A stretch of 64,000 nucleotides of DNA from an uncultured Gammaproteobacteria bacterium. GTDB taxonomy: Bacteria > Patescibacteriota > Microgenomatia > CAZETR01 > Amesbacteraceae. The position numbers and the translations under genes are program-made. Every line of letters starts with the position of its first letter. Position 1 is the stretch's first letter. The stretch is taken from contig CAYHGA010000001.1 in assembly GCA_964356225.1 (NCBI GenBank), forward strand, positions 29,573 through 93,572. The letters are read 5' to 3'. The notes below the pieces were generated by a model that made no database searches, was not told the origin of the DNA, and saw only the letters and a program-made list of their open reading frames with translations. Shown piece by piece: positions 40,192-51,742 of the stretch.

Positions 40192-40559
40192 TTCAACTAC
40201 GCACTATATTACAACCTGCGGATAACAGCGGTGCTAAAAAGCTGCGGGTAATCCAGATTATGGGATCCTGGAAGCGCAAATGGGGCACTTTGGGAGATGT
40301 AGCTACCGCTATAGTAGACGGAGCGGACTCTACCGGCGTGGTTAAAGATTCAGAAGTGGTAAAAGTGGTTATTGTGCGTATCCGCAAAGAGAAGAGGCGG
40401 AAAGACGGCAGCTACATCCGCTTTGACGATAACGCCGGAGTCGTGATTGATCCTAAGACCGGCGAACCCAGAGGAAGCCGGATTTTCGGGCCGGTGGCCC
40501 GGGAAGTAAAAGATGCCGGATTTAATAAAATTGCGTCGCTGGCGGCTGAAGTCATATGA
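40188..40559 (+). CDS. rplN: 50S ribosomal protein L14
   Basis: L14 family. Confidence 0.94.
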   Translation: MIQLRTILQPADNSGAKKLRVIQIMGSWKRKWGTLGDVATAIVDGADSTGVVKDSEVVKVVIVRIRKEKRRKDGSYIRFDDNAGVVIDPKTGEPRGSRIFGPVAREVKDAGFNKIASLAAEVI

Positions 40560-40897
40560 AACTACATAAAGGAGACAAAATTCTAGTAACCGCCGGAAAA
40601 GACCGGGGGCGGGAAGGCGTGGTGGAGAGAACCTGGAAAGAGGCGGCCAAGGTGTTAATTCCCGGGATAAACCAGTACAAGAAACACCGCAAACCCCAAG
40701 GGGAAAATCATCCCGGAGAAATTTTGACGCTGAACCGGCCGCTACCAATAGGCAATGTGGCCCTGGTTTGCCCAAAATGTAAACAACCAACCCGGATAGG
40801 ATACCGGATAGTGGGAGACAAGAAAACAAGGATCTGCCGCAAATGTGATATGGAAATAGATGAAAAACCTAAGTTAAAAGCTAAAAGTAAAAAATAA
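40556..40897 (+). CDS. rplX: 50S ribosomal protein L24 with a C-terminal zinc-ribbon extension
   Basis: KOW domain ([17 protein letters not shown]) plus a C-terminal CPKC...CRKC. Confidence 0.9.
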   Translation: MKLHKGDKILVTAGKDRGREGVVERTWKEAAKVLIPGINQYKKHRKPQGENHPGEILTLNRPLPIGNVALVCPKCKQPTRIGYRIVGDKKTRICRKCDMEIDEKPKLKAKSKK

Positions 40898-40899
40898 AT

Positions 40900-41379
40900 A
40901 TGTGGGAACCAAAAATCACTAAAGTTGTTTTAAATATCGGTCTTAAAGAGGCAGTGCACGATAAAGGGGTACTGGAAAAAGCCTCCGAACAATTGGCAGC
41001 AATTGCCGGACAAAAGCCTAAAGTTACCCGGGCAAAAATATCTATTGCCAATTTTAAGGTGCGGCAAGGTGACCCGGTAGGGCTAACGGTCACCCTGCGA
41101 GGCAAAAGAATGCAAGATTTCGTGACTAAGCTAATCAGCATCGTCTTGCCCAGGGTGCGGGATTTCCACGGAGTATCCGGAACAGCTTTTGATAAAAAGG
41201 GGAATTACACATTGGGATTTACGGAGCAGATCGTTTTCCCGGAAATAGATTATGCAAAAATTGATAAAATCAGAGGCTTGGAAGTTACTTTAGTAACCTC
41301 GGCTACAAATCCAGAGCAATCCAGAAAGTTACTTGAATTATTGGGCATGCCTTTCAAAAAAAATGGCAAAAACATCTAA
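40900..41379 (+). CDS. rplE: 50S ribosomal protein L5
   Basis: L5 family. Confidence 0.93.
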   Translation: MWEPKITKVVLNIGLKEAVHDKGVLEKASEQLAAIAGQKPKVTRAKISIANFKVRQGDPVGLTVTLRGKRMQDFVTKLISIVLPRVRDFHGVSGTAFDKKGNYTLGFTEQIVFPEIDYAKIDKIRGLEVTLVTSATNPEQSRKLLELLGMPFKKNGKNI

Positions 41380-41551
41380 AGTTGTAAAACAAGAAAAAGG
41401 TTACTTAAAGTATCCGACGCAATACCGCAACCGGTGCGGACGTTGCGGGCGACCGCGAGGCTATATGCGGATGTTTGGTTTGTGCCGGCTGTGTTTTAGA
41501 GAGCTGGTGCACCGCGGCGAATTGCCAGGAGTGAAAAAAGCATCATGGTAA
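41333..41551 (+). CDS. rpsZ: 30S ribosomal protein S14, type Z (zinc-binding)
   Basis: CGRCGRPRG...CRLCFRE. The likely start is MAKTSKV near 41363, giving 61 aa. Confidence 0.9.
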   Translation: MNYWACLSKKMAKTSKVVKQEKGYLKYPTQYRNRCGRCGRPRGYMRMFGLCRLCFRELVHRGELPGVKKASW

Positions 41552-41925
41552 ACGATCCCTTATCAGATTTGGTGGCCAGAATTAAGAACGGTTACCGGGC
41601 CGGAGCTCGTGAAGTACGTCTGCCGTGGAGCCGGATAAAAGAAGACGTGGCCCGGGTGTTAACGGAGCAAAAATTGGTGGAGAGACATGAAAAGAAAGAG
41701 AACGAGTTAGTGATTGGCTTGCGGTACGACGGTAAAACTCCAGCACTGACCGATATCCGCCGGGTAAGCAAACCGGGGGTACGGATTTATTCCGGAGTGA
41801 AAAAACTACCCCGGGTTTTGGGAGGATTGGGAATTAATATTTTGTCTACACCTGCCGGCATTATGGCGGATAAGCAAGCTAAAAAGTTACATGTGGGGGG
41901 CGAAATTATCGCTCAAGCTTGGTAA
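41545..41925 (+). CDS. rpsH: 30S ribosomal protein S8
   Basis: S8 family. Confidence 0.93.
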   Translation: MVNDPLSDLVARIKNGYRAGAREVRLPWSRIKEDVARVLTEQKLVERHEKKENELVIGLRYDGKTPALTDIRRVSKPGVRIYSGVKKLPRVLGGLGINILSTPAGIMADKQAKKLHVGGEIIAQAW

Positions 41926-42481
41926 AAATATGTCAAGAATAGGTAGATTACCGATCATCATTCCAGAGACAGTCACTGTGTCTATAAACGGCAGCAAGGT
42001 AGGGGTAACCGGGCCTAAGGGGTCGCTGGAATGGATGATGCCTGGCGGAGTTGAGGCAAAAAATGAAGAAGGGGAAATTGTGGTAAGTGCAAAACTATCA
42101 AATTTGCACGGCTTATCCAGGTCTCTGATTGCCAACATGGTCAAAGGGGTAAGCGACGGATGGAGTAAAACTCTAGAATTGTCCGGAACCGGATACCGGG
42201 CCAGCACTAACGGAACAGAGTTAAATTTATCTTTAGGGTTTTCGCATCCAGTAGTGGTCAGGGCGCCGGAAGGGATGAGCTTTGAGGTGGTGGAAAATAA
42301 AATTAAGGTCTTAGGAATAGATAAGGCGAAAGTAGGAGAAATGGCTGCTAAAATTAGGCTACTGCGGCCGGCTGATCCTTATAAGGCCAAGGGGTTAAAA
42401 TACGAAGGCGAAGTTATCAGGCGGAAAGCCGGAAAAGCGGCTAAAGCCGGAGCTGTAGGAGCCGGTACCGGAGGAAAATAA
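41891..42481 (+). CDS. rplF: 50S ribosomal protein L6
   Basis: Two L6 repeats. The likely start is MSRIGRLPI near 41930. Confidence 0.92.
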   Translation: MWGAKLSLKLGKNMSRIGRLPIIIPETVTVSINGSKVGVTGPKGSLEWMMPGGVEAKNEEGEIVVSAKLSNLHGLSRSLIANMVKGVSDGWSKTLELSGTGYRASTNGTELNLSLGFSHPVVVRAPEGMSFEVVENKIKVLGIDKAKVGEMAAKIRLLRPADPYKAKGLKYEGEVIRRKAGKAAKAGAVGAGTGGK

Positions 42482-42482
42482 T

Positions 42483-42722
42483 ATGAGATTAACTGTATTC
42501 CGATCAAATAAATATATTTATGCCCAAGCGATTGACGATGCCAAGAGGGTGACTGTCGCGGAGGCACACGGGAAAAATCCCTCTGAAGTGGGCAAGCTGG
42601 TGGCCCAAAGAGCAGTGAAAGCGGGAGTAAAGAAAATTGCTTTTGACCGGGGACGTTATCGATACCATGGCCAAATTAAAGTTTTGGCGGATGGGGCCCG
42701 GGAAGGAGGGTTAGCATTTTGA
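42483..42722 (+). CDS. rplR: 50S ribosomal protein L18 (short)
   Basis: L18 family, 79 aa. Confidence 0.85.
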   Translation: MRLTVFRSNKYIYAQAIDDAKRVTVAEAHGKNPSEVGKLVAQRAVKAGVKKIAFDRGRYRYHGQIKVLADGAREGGLAF

Positions 42723-43192
42723 GACCATTTGTAAGAACCGGACAATTTAGCGCTGAACCCCGGGAGTTTGATGAAAAAACGGTGCAAGTGAACAGGGTAA
42801 GTAAAAAAACTAAAGGCGGGAACCGGGCTAGTTTCTCGGTATTGGTAGTGGTGGGAAACAAAAAAGGCCGGGTAGGGGTGGGCCTGGGAAAAGCGGCGGA
42901 TGTGACTTCGGCTATGCGGAAAGCCAGCCTGTATGCCCAAAAACATTTGATTACTGTCCCCTTGAAGGGCAGAACAATCCCCCACGAAGTCCGGGTTAAG
43001 GTGGGCGCAGCGCAGATAATTATGAAACCGGCCCCAGACGGAACCGGGGTTATCGCTGGCGGTCCGGTGCGGGCAGTGGTAGAAGCGGCAGGTATCCGGG
43101 ATATCGTGAGTAAAATTTTAGGAACAAAGAATAAGGCGTCTAATGTATATGCGGCGTTTGAAGCGCTAAAGCGACTGCGGCCGCTTAGTTAA
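42719..43192 (+). CDS. rpsE: 30S ribosomal protein S5
   Basis: S5 dsRBD plus the C-terminal domain. Confidence 0.93.
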   Translation: MRPFVRTGQFSAEPREFDEKTVQVNRVSKKTKGGNRASFSVLVVVGNKKGRVGVGLGKAADVTSAMRKASLYAQKHLITVPLKGRTIPHEVRVKVGAAQIIMKPAPDGTGVIAGGPVRAVVEAAGIRDIVSKILGTKNKASNVYAAFEALKRLRPLS

Positions 43193-43196
43193 TAAT

Positions 43197-43616
43197 ATGG
43201 ATATAAATAAATTACCAAAAATAATTACCAGACCCAAGAAGAGGGTGGGACGGGGTATGGGATCAGGTAAAGGCAGTCATACCGCGGGGAGAGGTACAAA
43301 GGGGCAAAAAGCCCGCGGAAAAGTGCATATTTTATACGAAGGAACTAAAACCAAAAAATCTCTGGTGAAGCGCATCCCAAAGTTGCGCGGCAAAGGCAAA
43401 TTTGAAGCTAAAAAAGGACGGGTTATTTTGCATTTAGGAGATTTGGCTGATCTGCCGGCCGGGTTTGAGGTGACGCTGGAAAGCTTAATTAAAAAAGGGT
43501 TGCTAGAAGAAGGAACGAAACGGGTCAAGATTCTGGGCGGGGGGGAAGCTAAACAGGCTCTAGTCATCAAAGTACCGGCATCGGCCGCAGTGGTAAAATT
43601 GAAGGCGAATGAATAA
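43197..43616 (+). CDS. rplO: 50S ribosomal protein L15
   Basis: L15 family. It follows S5 directly, with no L30 gene. Confidence 0.92.
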   Translation: MDINKLPKIITRPKKRVGRGMGSGKGSHTAGRGTKGQKARGKVHILYEGTKTKKSLVKRIPKLRGKGKFEAKKGRVILHLGDLADLPAGFEVTLESLIKKGLLEEGTKRVKILGGGEAKQALVIKVPASAAVVKLKANE

Positions 43617-44895
43617 AGTACTGACTAGTCTGAAACAAATTTGGGGGACGCCAGAGATACGCAGGAAGTTATTGTTTACGGCGGCCATACTGCTGGTGTA
43701 CCGGATGCTGGCCCATATTCCGGTGGCCGGGATTGACCGCCAAGCTCTAGCTAATTTATTTTCCGGGTCACAGCTGCTGGGACTTCTGGATATTTTTTCC
43801 GGAGGAACACTGGCTAACTTCTCCCTAATCGCACTGGGCCTGGGACCGTACATTAACGCCTCGATCATTTTGCAGCTGCTAACGATGGTGTTTCCTAAAT
43901 TGGAAGAGCTGTCTAAAGAGGGGGAATATGGGCGGGAGATGATTAATCAATATACCCGGTGGCTGACGGTGCCGATCGCGGTATTGCAGGGGTTTGGAAT
44001 GTATACTCTGCTGCGGGGTCAAAATGTAATCGGGCAATTAAATATAGGATCGCTGGCGGCGCTGATTGTAACAATGACTGCGGGGACAGTGTTGGCGGTA
44101 TGGTTGGGAGAGTTAATTACTGAATATGGAGTAGGCAATGGAGTATCTCTGCTCATTTTTGCCGGAATTGTGGGCCGGCTGCCGGTAACTCTAGGACAAA
44201 CTGCGGTGACTCTGGAAACTTTGTCTTTGGGAAATTTGGGAGTGTTTGGACTAGTGGGGCTAATATTGGTTGCAGCGGTAGTATTTATGAACGAGGCCTC
44301 GCGAAATATCCCGGTGCAGTATGCCAGGCGGATCCGGGCTGGAAAAGTGTACGGCGGACAATCAACGCATTTGCCACTGCGGGTAAATCAGGCGGGGGTG
44401 ATTCCGATTATTTTTGCCGTGTCGCTGGTGTTGCTCCCCTCTTTAGTGGGACAATTTTTACAAAATGTAAATAATCTCCAGGTGGCTTTAGCAGCCAGAT
44501 CGGTGCTAGCTTTTATGCAACCAAACGGATGGGCATATAACCTAATTTATTTCTCTCTAGTAGTTGGGTTTACTTATTTTTATACAGCCGTGGTGTTTAA
44601 CCCGGTAAAGATCTCTGACGAGATTAAAAAACACGGAGGTTTTGTGCCGGGGATTAGACCGGGAGAGGCCACGGCTCATTATTTAAATGGGATTATGAAC
44701 CGGGTAACTTTGGCGGGGGCGGTGTTTTTGGGAACGATTGCAATTATGCCGGCAATTGTGCAGGTGGCGTTTAGAATTCCTACCTTGTCACTGGGGGGAA
44801 CGGGAATTTTGATTGTAGTCTCGGTGGTATTGGAAACCGTGAAATCTTTGCAGTCCCAATTATCTGTTAGAAATTACGACAGCTTCTTGTTGTGA
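43609..44895 (+). CDS. secY: Preprotein translocase subunit SecY
   Basis: Ten-TM SecY, 428 aa. Confidence 0.94.
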   Translation: MNKVLTSLKQIWGTPEIRRKLLFTAAILLVYRMLAHIPVAGIDRQALANLFSGSQLLGLLDIFSGGTLANFSLIALGLGPYINASIILQLLTMVFPKLEELSKEGEYGREMINQYTRWLTVPIAVLQGFGMYTLLRGQNVIGQLNIGSLAALIVTMTAGTVLAVWLGELITEYGVGNGVSLLIFAGIVGRLPVTLGQTAVTLETLSLGNLGVFGLVGLILVAAVVFMNEASRNIPVQYARRIRAGKVYGGQSTHLPLRVNQAGVIPIIFAVSLVLLPSLVGQFLQNVNNLQVALAARSVLAFMQPNGWAYNLIYFSLVVGFTYFYTAVVFNPVKISDEIKKHGGFVPGIRPGEATAHYLNGIMNRVTLAGAVFLGTIAIMPAIVQVAFRIPTLSLGGTGILIVVSVVLETVKSLQSQLSVRNYDSFLL

Positions 44896-45440
44896 ATATA
44901 ATCATCTTGGGACCACAGGGATCGGGAAAGGGAACACAGGCGCAATTGTTGGTTGAGAAACTAGGATTGTCTTATTTTGAGGTAGGGAAAATTTTGCGGA
45001 GTATCGCCGCTTCAGATAACCAACACGCGGAAACAGTAAAAATGGCTCTAAATAGCGGTAATTTGGTACCAGATGAATTAGTAAGATTGCTTGCCTGGGA
45101 TTTTATTAACAAACACAAAAACGGAGGATTTATTTTTGACGGGTATCCCAGATCAGTGGCGCAATACGAACATTTGCAAGATATGCTAATGAAATTCGGT
45201 AAAAAAATTGACAAAGTAATTGACCTGGAAATTTCGGGGGAGGAAACTATTAAGAGGTTAATAAAAAGGGGGAGAGAAGACGACACTCCGGAAGCGATTA
45301 GAAAAAGGTTAGAGCTGTGGCGGCAGCAAACTAGGCCGGTTGTGGAAAGAGCAAAACGTGAGGGAATTTTGTTGGAAATTGACGGAGAAAGGCCGATAGA
45401 GGTTATTCGCCAAGATATTTATGACCAAATTAAGCATTAA
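44892..45440 (+). CDS. adk: Adenylate kinase
   Basis: P-loop [10 protein letters not shown], short form without the zinc lid. Confidence 0.92.
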   Translation: MNIIILGPQGSGKGTQAQLLVEKLGLSYFEVGKILRSIAASDNQHAETVKMALNSGNLVPDELVRLLAWDFINKHKNGGFIFDGYPRSVAQYEHLQDMLMKFGKKIDKVIDLEISGEETIKRLIKRGREDDTPEAIRKRLELWRQQTRPVVERAKREGILLEIDGERPIEVIRQDIYDQIKH

Positions 45441-46170
45441 GTCAGAGGCGGAGATAAGGGTGATGGCAGAGGGAGGACAGCGGTTGGCAGAAATTAGAGA
45501 TAAAGTTGCAAGAGCTGTAAAGCCGGGAATAACCGGGTTAGAACTGGACAGACTAGTTGATAAACTGATTGCAAAGGCTGGAGGAGAAGCGTCGTTTAAG
45601 ATGGTGCCGGGGTATAAATGGGCGACGTGCGTAAACATCAACGACGTGGTAGTGCACGGTATACCAGACGGTTACAAAATTAAGATAGAAGACAAAGTGG
45701 GAATAGATGTGGGGATGTATTACAAAGGATTTCACACAGATACGTCAATAACGGTGGGTGGGCCGGAAAAATTTCTGGAAGTTGGCCGGCTGGGGCTGAA
45801 ACGGGCGATTGCGCAAGCCCGGATTGGGAGAAGGGTGGCGGATATTTCGGCTGCTATGCAAAAAACTGTGGAGGAAGCTGGGTACAATGTGGTACGGGCT
45901 CTGACTGGACATGGGGTAGGAAGAGAGCTGCATGAAGAACCGGCTATCCCCTGCTTTGTGATAGATAAATACGAGCGCAGCCCGAAGCTGACTGCCGGGA
46001 TGGTTATCGCCATTGAAATTATGTATAACGCCGGTTCAAGCGAGGTGGTGTATAAGAACGACGATGGTTGGACAATAGTCACGGCTGATGGTAAAATATC
46101 GGGGCTGTTTGAAGAGACCGTGGCTATAGCCAGTCACGGTCCGATCGTTTTAACATGCCAAACTCATTAA
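45421..46170 (+). CDS. map: Methionine aminopeptidase, type I
   Basis: MetAP fold with its metal ligands. Confidence 0.92.
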   Translation: MTKLSIKSEAEIRVMAEGGQRLAEIRDKVARAVKPGITGLELDRLVDKLIAKAGGEASFKMVPGYKWATCVNINDVVVHGIPDGYKIKIEDKVGIDVGMYYKGFHTDTSITVGGPEKFLEVGRLGLKRAIAQARIGRRVADISAAMQKTVEEAGYNVVRALTGHGVGRELHEEPAIPCFVIDKYERSPKLTAGMVIAIEIMYNAGSSEVVYKNDDGWTIVTADGKISGLFEETVAIASHGPIVLTCQTH

Positions 46171-46376
46171 CTTTCGAGGTAGAAGGGGAAGTCGTAGAAA
46201 ATCTACCTAATACCTCTTTCCGGGTCAAGTTAAACGGCTCGGGAAAGATCGTGCTGTGCCACCTGGCCGGCAAGATGCGAATCCACTGGATCCGCCTGCT
46301 GCCCGGAGACCGCGTGAGAGTGGCAATGGCGGGTCCTGATGAAACATTAGGAAGAATTATTTTTAAACTAAAATGA
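46155..46376 (+). CDS. infA: Translation initiation factor IF-1
   Basis: S1-like IF-1, 73 aa. Confidence 0.93.
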   Translation: MPNSLTFEVEGEVVENLPNTSFRVKLNGSGKIVLCHLAGKMRIHWIRLLPGDRVRVAMAGPDETLGRIIFKLK

Positions 46377-46486
46377 AAGTACAAGCTAGTGTCAAAACCA
46401 GATGTAGAAACTGCAAAATCGTAAAGCGGAAAGGGGTGTTATTTGTGATTTGCACCAACCCCAAGCATAAACAGCGCCAAGGATAA
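46373..46486 (+). CDS. rpmJ: 50S ribosomal protein L36 (37 aa, below the ORF-track length cutoff)
   Basis: Hand translation gives [37 protein letters not shown]. The ATG overlaps the infA TGA (ATGA). Confidence 0.85.
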   Translation: MKVQASVKTRCRNCKIVKRKGVLFVICTNPKHKQRQG

Positions 46487-46488
46487 AT

Positions 46489-46896
46489 ATGCCGAGAATT
46501 GCCGGACGAGATATTCCAGAAAATAAAAAAATAGAGTTTTCGCTGCGGTATGTTTACGGCATCGGATCGACAAACGCCTTAGAAATATTGGCTAAGGCAA
46601 AAGTGGACGAGAATAAAAGGACGAAGGATCTAACAGCCGAGGAACTGGCGAGACTGCAGAAAGCGGTGGACGAGGTAAAAGTAGAGGGAGATTTACGTAA
46701 GGAAATTCAGCAAAATATATCCAGATTAAAAGAGATCGGATCTTACCGGGGACACAGACACTCTAAGGGGTTACCGGTGCGGGGCCAGCGGACCCGGACT
46801 AATGCCCGGACCAAGCGGGGAAAGAGAATGACTATCGGAGCGTTGAAGAAAGAAATATTGGCCACCAAAGAAGCGCCTAAGGAGGAAAAGAAATGA
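46489..46896 (+). CDS. rpsM: 30S ribosomal protein S13
   Basis: S13 family. Confidence 0.93.
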   Translation: MPRIAGRDIPENKKIEFSLRYVYGIGSTNALEILAKAKVDENKRTKDLTAEELARLQKAVDEVKVEGDLRKEIQQNISRLKEIGSYRGHRHSKGLPVRGQRTRTNARTKRGKRMTIGALKKEILATKEAPKEEKK

Positions 46897-47234
46897 CCGG
46901 AAAAGCTTTTATTACAGCCACTTTTAATAATACGCTGGTAACCATAACTGATATGACTGGCAACGCTATCGCCTGGGGATCGGCGGGAGCGGCCGGGTTT
47001 AAGGGGGCCAGGCGGGCAACTCCATACGCGGCCACAACGGCGGTGGAAGCGGCGGCCAGGAAAGCCATCGTGGCCGGAATTAAAGAGGTGGAAGTATATT
47101 TGAAGGGCCCCGGATCCGGGCGGGATGCGGCCTTACGCGCATTAAAAGCCGCCGGATTAAAAATGAATCTGATTGCCGACGTCACTCCCGTTCCCCACAA
47201 CGGAACCAGGCCAAGTAAAAAGAGGAGAGTTTAA
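46893..47234 (+). CDS. rpsK: 30S ribosomal protein S11
   Basis: S11 family. It is the last gene of the run, convergent with dnaK. Confidence 0.93.
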   Translation: MTGKAFITATFNNTLVTITDMTGNAIAWGSAGAAGFKGARRATPYAATTAVEAAARKAIVAGIKEVEVYLKGPGSGRDAALRALKAAGLKMNLIADVTPVPHNGTRPSKKRRV

Positions 47235-49108
47235 TTTACTACTTCGCCTTCTTCGGCTTTTTTGGCGTCGGCCGGTTTTTCTTCTGTGGGTTTTTCTTCT
47301 GTGGGGGGAGGAGTTTGTTTGTACATTTCGGCTCCTAATTTCTGCAGAGAGTCCATGAGGTCTTTGGATTTGGCTTCCAGATCTTCTTTAGTACCGGACT
47401 CGAGAATGGCTTTGAGAGCGGCCACTTTATCTTCCACTTCTTTTTTCAAGTCTGCGGGAGCTTTGTCGCCGGTGTCTTTGAGAGTTTTCTCAGCAGTAAA
47501 GATAAGACTGTCGGCTTGATTTTTAGCCTCTATTTTGGATTTCTTTTCGGCGTCCTCGGCAGCATGGGCTTCGGCTTCTTTGCGCATGCGCTCGACTTCT
47601 TTCTCGTCTAAATTGGTGGAGTTAGTAATGGAAATATGTTGCATTTTGTTGGTGGCTTTGTCGAGGGCTTTGACGTTAAGAATGCCGGAGGCATCAATAT
47701 CGAAAGTAACTTCTATTTGAGGCACTCCGCGGGGGGCGGGAGGAATACCGTCTAGAATAAAACGGCCGAGAGTTTTGTTGTCGGTGGCCATAGGCCGCTC
47801 CCCCTGGAGGACGTGGATTTCGACGGAGGTTTGGGAATCGGCGGCGGTGGAAAAAACTTGAGATTTAGAAGTGGGAATGGTGGTATTCCTCTCGATGAGA
47901 GGAGTCATGACAGATCCTAGAGTTTCCAACCCCAGAGTTAGAGGAGTGACGTCTAAAAGAACGACGTCTTTGACGTCGCCCGTAAGAACGCCTCCCTGGA
48001 TGGCCGCGCCGACAGCGACTACCTCGTCGGGATTGACGGATTTATTGGGCTCTTTACCAAAGAATTTCTTGACTACTTCGATAACGGCCGGCATACGGGT
48101 CATGCCGCCAACCAGGACCACCTCGTCGATTTTGGAAACATCGGTCTTGGCGTCTTTGAGACAGGCTTTAACGGGAGCGATAGTTTTTTGAATTAGAGAG
48201 TCAACTAGAGACTCCAGCTTGGCCCGGGTGAGTTTGAGATTGAGATGCAAGGGTTGGCCGTTATTTTGAGTGATGTACGGCTGGTTAATCTCCGTCTCCA
48301 TGGCAGAAGATAATTCAATTTTGGCTTTTTCGGCGGCATCGCGGACACGCTGTAAAGCCTGGGTGTCTTTTTTGAGATCCAGGCCATTGTCTTTCTTAAA
48401 CTCGGAGACAATCCAATCCATAATAACCTGATCGAAATCGTCTCCGCCTAAGTGGGTGTCGCCGTTGGTGGCTTTAACTTCAAAAACGCCATCGCCCAAC
48501 TCGAGGACAGAAATGTCAAAAGTGCCTCCGCCTAAATCATAGACGGCGACGGTGTGAGCGTTTTTCTTATCCAGGCCGTAGGCTAATGCGGCCGCAGTGG
48601 GTTCGTTGATAATGCGTTCTACTTTGAGACCGGCAATTTCGCCAGCTTGCTTGGTAGCCTGACGCTGGGAGTCATCGAAATAAGCAGGAACAGTAATGAC
48701 GGCCCGATCAACAGGGCCGCCGAGATAGGCTTCGGCGTGGGTTTTCATGGCTTGGAGAACCTTAGCAGAAATTTCCTGGGGAGTATAAACTTTGCCGTCC
48801 ACTTCGACGCAAGCCATATTGTCTTTACCGGATACAATTTTGTAAGGAACCATTTCTATGGTCCTTTTAACCTCGGGGTCGGAGAATTTGCGGCCCATCA
48901 AGCGCTTGATGGAATAAATAGTATTTTTGGAGTTAAGGATCATCTGGCGTTTGGCTATGTCACCCACCAGATTTTTGACCGGTTCTACGATGGAAGGAGT
49001 AGTGTTGCGGCCGGTGTCGGCGGCAGGAATTACTTTAGGAGTTCCTCCCTCCATGACAGTCACGCAGCTGTTGGTAGTCCCCAGATCGATGCCGATAATT
49101 TTACTCAT
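47231..49108 (-). CDS. dnaK: Chaperone DnaK (Hsp70)
   Basis: [10 protein letters not shown] and DLGGGTFD motifs with an acidic C-terminal tail; 625 aa. Confidence 0.95.
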   Translation of the reverse strand: MSKIIGIDLGTTNSCVTVMEGGTPKVIPAADTGRNTTPSIVEPVKNLVGDIAKRQMILNSKNTIYSIKRLMGRKFSDPEVKRTIEMVPYKIVSGKDNMACVEVDGKVYTPQEISAKVLQAMKTHAEAYLGGPVDRAVITVPAYFDDSQRQATKQAGEIAGLKVERIINEPTAAALAYGLDKKNAHTVAVYDLGGGTFDISVLELGDGVFEVKATNGDTHLGGDDFDQVIMDWIVSEFKKDNGLDLKKDTQALQRVRDAAEKAKIELSSAMETEINQPYITQNNGQPLHLNLKLTRAKLESLVDSLIQKTIAPVKACLKDAKTDVSKIDEVVLVGGMTRMPAVIEVVKKFFGKEPNKSVNPDEVVAVGAAIQGGVLTGDVKDVVLLDVTPLTLGLETLGSVMTPLIERNTTIPTSKSQVFSTAADSQTSVEIHVLQGERPMATDNKTLGRFILDGIPPAPRGVPQIEVTFDIDASGILNVKALDKATNKMQHISITNSTNLDEKEVERMRKEAEAHAAEDAEKKSKIEAKNQADSLIFTAEKTLKDTGDKAPADLKKEVEDKVAALKAILESGTKEDLEAKSKDLMDSLQKLGAEMYKQTPPPTEEKPTEEKPADAKKAEEGEVVN

Positions 49109-49517
49109 GTTTAAAAACTTTTACTTTAGCTGGGCGAATAACATAATTGTTAATTTTATAACCCTTGGTGATGATTTCTGCAAGGGTATTATCGGGCTCT
49201 CCGGGCAAAGTTTCAAGACACTCATACAGTGAATGGTCGTAAACATCGCCTACTGCGGGAGAAATTTCCTGCAGTCCTTCTCCGGCTAAAACGTCTTTGA
49301 ACTGCTTGACAGCCATTTGTACTCCTTGGTCTTGGGAGTGGGCGGCGGCTAATTCTAAAATGTCCAGAGTGGGCAGAAGCTTGGCCATAATGTTGGCGGT
49401 GGCGTAGGTGACAAAATCTTTTTTGTCGGCATCAACGCGTTTAACCAAATTGTGATAATCGGCCAGGGCGCGTTTCCAATTTTCTTCGAGAGTTTTATTG
49501 GTGATTTTTGCAGGCAT
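49101..49517 (-). CDS. grpE: Nucleotide exchange factor GrpE (short)
   Basis: GrpE C-terminal coiled-coil and beta-sheet domain. It lies between hrcA and dnaK. Confidence 0.8.
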   Translation of the reverse strand: MPAKITNKTLEENWKRALADYHNLVKRVDADKKDFVTYATANIMAKLLPTLDILELAAAHSQDQGVQMAVKQFKDVLAGEGLQEISPAVGDVYDHSLYECLETLPGEPDNTLAEIITKGYKINNYVIRPAKVKVFKHE

Positions 49518-49519
49518 AG

Positions 49520-50263
49520 TTACCAGCTGGCGGTCATGCCAGAAATTAATTCAGAAAAATAACGCAGGGTGGGAAGGACGACAGGAAAATTGAGACGGCA
49601 AGGACCAATAAGGCCCAGAATGCCCCGGCGGCCGGAGCCGGCAGCAAAAGGAGTAAAGGCGAAACCTACCGGCTCGAAAAAGTCTCCCCAGCCTAAGTCT
49701 TGGCCAAAGACGATATGGACCGCTTCGGCGGGATCGTACTGGCGTTCAAAAAAGAGCTGACGGATGCGGGCCTCCTGATCCAGGAGAGTCAGGACGGTGC
49801 GGGTGACATCGATATCAAAAAATTCCGGGGTGGAGAGAATGTTGGCGGTTCCGGCGTAATAGACGTCGCCGGCATCGGTAATCGCCACGGATAGGTTTTT
49901 AGTGCGGTCTGCCAAAGCCAGGGTGGTGTGACGCATGAGGTGATCGAAATCGAAACGGGAGTCCCAGATTTTTTCCTTGGCGGCCACTTCTTCGGTGACA
50001 GACATTTTTTTTTCCTGCATGAGATGGTCAACGTAGAAACGGAGAGCGGTTGGGGTGGGTACCCGGCCGGCGGAGGTGTGAAGCTGTTTTAATAAGCCTT
50101 TCTTAGTAAGGGCGGCCATTTCGTTACGAATGGTGGCCGGGGAAATGCCTAAGGAATATTTGCGGTCTAAAACTTCACTGCCTACAGCCTCGGCGGTATT
50201 GATGTATTCCTCGACCAGGTGTTTAAGGATTTGGGTTTGGCGAGGGGTGAGATCGATATCCAT
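49520..50263 (-). CDS. hrcA: Heat-inducible transcription repressor HrcA
   Basis: N-terminal wHTH (LTPRQTQILKHLVEEYINTAEAVGS) plus the HrcA C-terminal domain. It directly precedes grpE–dnaK. Confidence 0.85.
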   Translation of the reverse strand: MDIDLTPRQTQILKHLVEEYINTAEAVGSEVLDRKYSLGISPATIRNEMAALTKKGLLKQLHTSAGRVPTPTALRFYVDHLMQEKKMSVTEEVAAKEKIWDSRFDFDHLMRHTTLALADRTKNLSVAITDAGDVYYAGTANILSTPEFFDIDVTRTVLTLLDQEARIRQLFFERQYDPAEAVHIVFGQDLGWGDFFEPVGFAFTPFAAGSGRRGILGLIGPCRLNFPVVLPTLRYFSELISGMTASW

Positions 50264-50264
50264 G

Positions 50265-50291
50265 TTGTCACTCTTATACCAAGAGTGCTAA
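50265..50291. promoter_or_regulatory. CIRCE operator (TTGTCACTC-N9-GAGTGCTAA)
   Basis: A 9-N9-9 inverted repeat matches the TTAGCACTC-N9-GAGTGCTAA consensus at 16 of 18 positions, 2 nt upstream of the hrcA start codon. Confidence 0.8.
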
Positions 50292-50329
50292 CGGTTGTCA
50301 AGGGGGAAGCCTTAGGATAGAATCAGAGG

Positions 50330-51649
50330 ATGAAGAGAGATCAGATTATTTCATTTGGGGGAGTGGCTATATTGGCTTTGGCTTTGCCCTTACTGCTGAA
50401 GGGAGTAAATTACGTTCAGAGGCTGATGATAGGGGCAGAGGGAAGATTGGCGGCGATTACAGTAGAAACAGACCATGTATTGGGGCCGATGCCACAACCA
50501 TGGCGGGCGCTGGCCCAAGGCGGTGAAGATCTATTGGGTTTTATGGATCAGGCCGGGGGGCAAGTGGCAGGGATGAAGACGCAGTATGTACGCATAGATC
50601 ATATTTATGACGGTTTCAATGTGGTGGGGCCGGGTTTGACTTTTAACTGGACAAGTTTGGATCAGGTGGTAGGTAAAATCCGGGCGGCGGGAGCGACGCC
50701 GTTTCTATCATTGTCTTATATGCCAATCGCTATTTCCAAGAGCGATATTTTGGACGAGCCAAAAAACTGGAACGATTGGACTCAAGTAGTCCAGAAGACA
50801 ATTGAACACTTTAGCGGAGAAAAAAATATCCCGGGAATGTATTACGAAGTATGGAATGAGCCGGATTTGTTTGGTAAATGGAGGATGGGCGGAGCTAAAG
50901 ATTACAAAAAACTGTATTTGTATGCTTCGCGGGGGGCGCAAGCGGCCCGGGTATTACAGACATTTAAATTTGGCGGACCGGCGACGACCGGTTTATATCG
51001 AAATTGGCTGGACAGCTTTTTTCCGTTTATATTGGAAAACCGGTTAAGACTGGACTTCTTTTCCTGGCATAGATATGACACAGATTTGAGTAAATACAGC
51101 GGGGACGTGGCCTCTGTAAATTTGTGGATAGAAAGCCATCCGTATTTTGCCAATGTGGAGAAAATAATTTCGGAAATGGGGCCGAACAGCGAGAAAGGCG
51201 GGGAAAACGATACCCGGGCGGGAGCAGCTCATTTACTGGCAGTGACAAGAGAGGTGCTGTCACAAATAAAATACGTGTTTACTTTTTCAGTGACCGGGCA
51301 GTGGGGAGTAGTAGGTAAACCTAGGTACGAAGCCTTGAAGCTACTATCTGACCTGGGGGATCAACGATTGGCGGTAACGGGGGACGGAACGTGGGTAAAA
51401 TCTTTTGGAGCTAAAAATGGGAATACATATCAAATATTAGTAGTAAACTATGATCCCAAAGGAGCGCATAGTGAGGTAGTGCCGGTGACGTTTGTAAATT
51501 TGGTTAATCAGAATTTTTTGCTGCGGCAGATAACTATGGGCGGAGGGACAACCCAATCCGAAGTGGCCACAACGGAAGCTATGCTGCAAAGAGAAATATC
51601 CCTGACTCCTAACTCCGCGGTGTTGTTGGAGCTTACACCTAAACCATAA
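50330..51649 (+). CDS. Secreted glycoside hydrolase (clan GH-A-like, NEP catalytic motif)
   Basis: Signal peptide, then YYEVWNEPD. The NEP acid/base motif is typical of GH5/GH39-type (beta/alpha)8 hydrolases. Confidence 0.45.
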   Translation: MKRDQIISFGGVAILALALPLLLKGVNYVQRLMIGAEGRLAAITVETDHVLGPMPQPWRALAQGGEDLLGFMDQAGGQVAGMKTQYVRIDHIYDGFNVVGPGLTFNWTSLDQVVGKIRAAGATPFLSLSYMPIAISKSDILDEPKNWNDWTQVVQKTIEHFSGEKNIPGMYYEVWNEPDLFGKWRMGGAKDYKKLYLYASRGAQAARVLQTFKFGGPATTGLYRNWLDSFFPFILENRLRLDFFSWHRYDTDLSKYSGDVASVNLWIESHPYFANVEKIISEMGPNSEKGGENDTRAGAAHLLAVTREVLSQIKYVFTFSVTGQWGVVGKPRYEALKLLSDLGDQRLAVTGDGTWVKSFGAKNGNTYQILVVNYDPKGAHSEVVPVTFVNLVNQNFLLRQITMGGGTTQSEVATTEAMLQREISLTPNSAVLLELTPKP

Positions 51650-51689
51650 GTCTCAAATCCCAATATCTTTTCTGCATTCTAGAATCCCA

Positions 51690-51723
51690 GAATCCCACCT
51701 GAATCCCACCTGAAAGGTGGGAT
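51690..51723. repeat. Hairpin motif copy 2 (gaatcccacctgaatcccacctgaaaggtgggattt) between convergent genes
   Basis: Direct triplication of GAATCCCA(CCT) followed by the stem AATCCCACC/GGTGGGATT with loop TGAAA. It shares aatcccacctgaaaggtgg with 5004..5025. Confidence 0.5.
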
Positions 51724-51742
51724 TTGAGGTTTGATGTCATTT

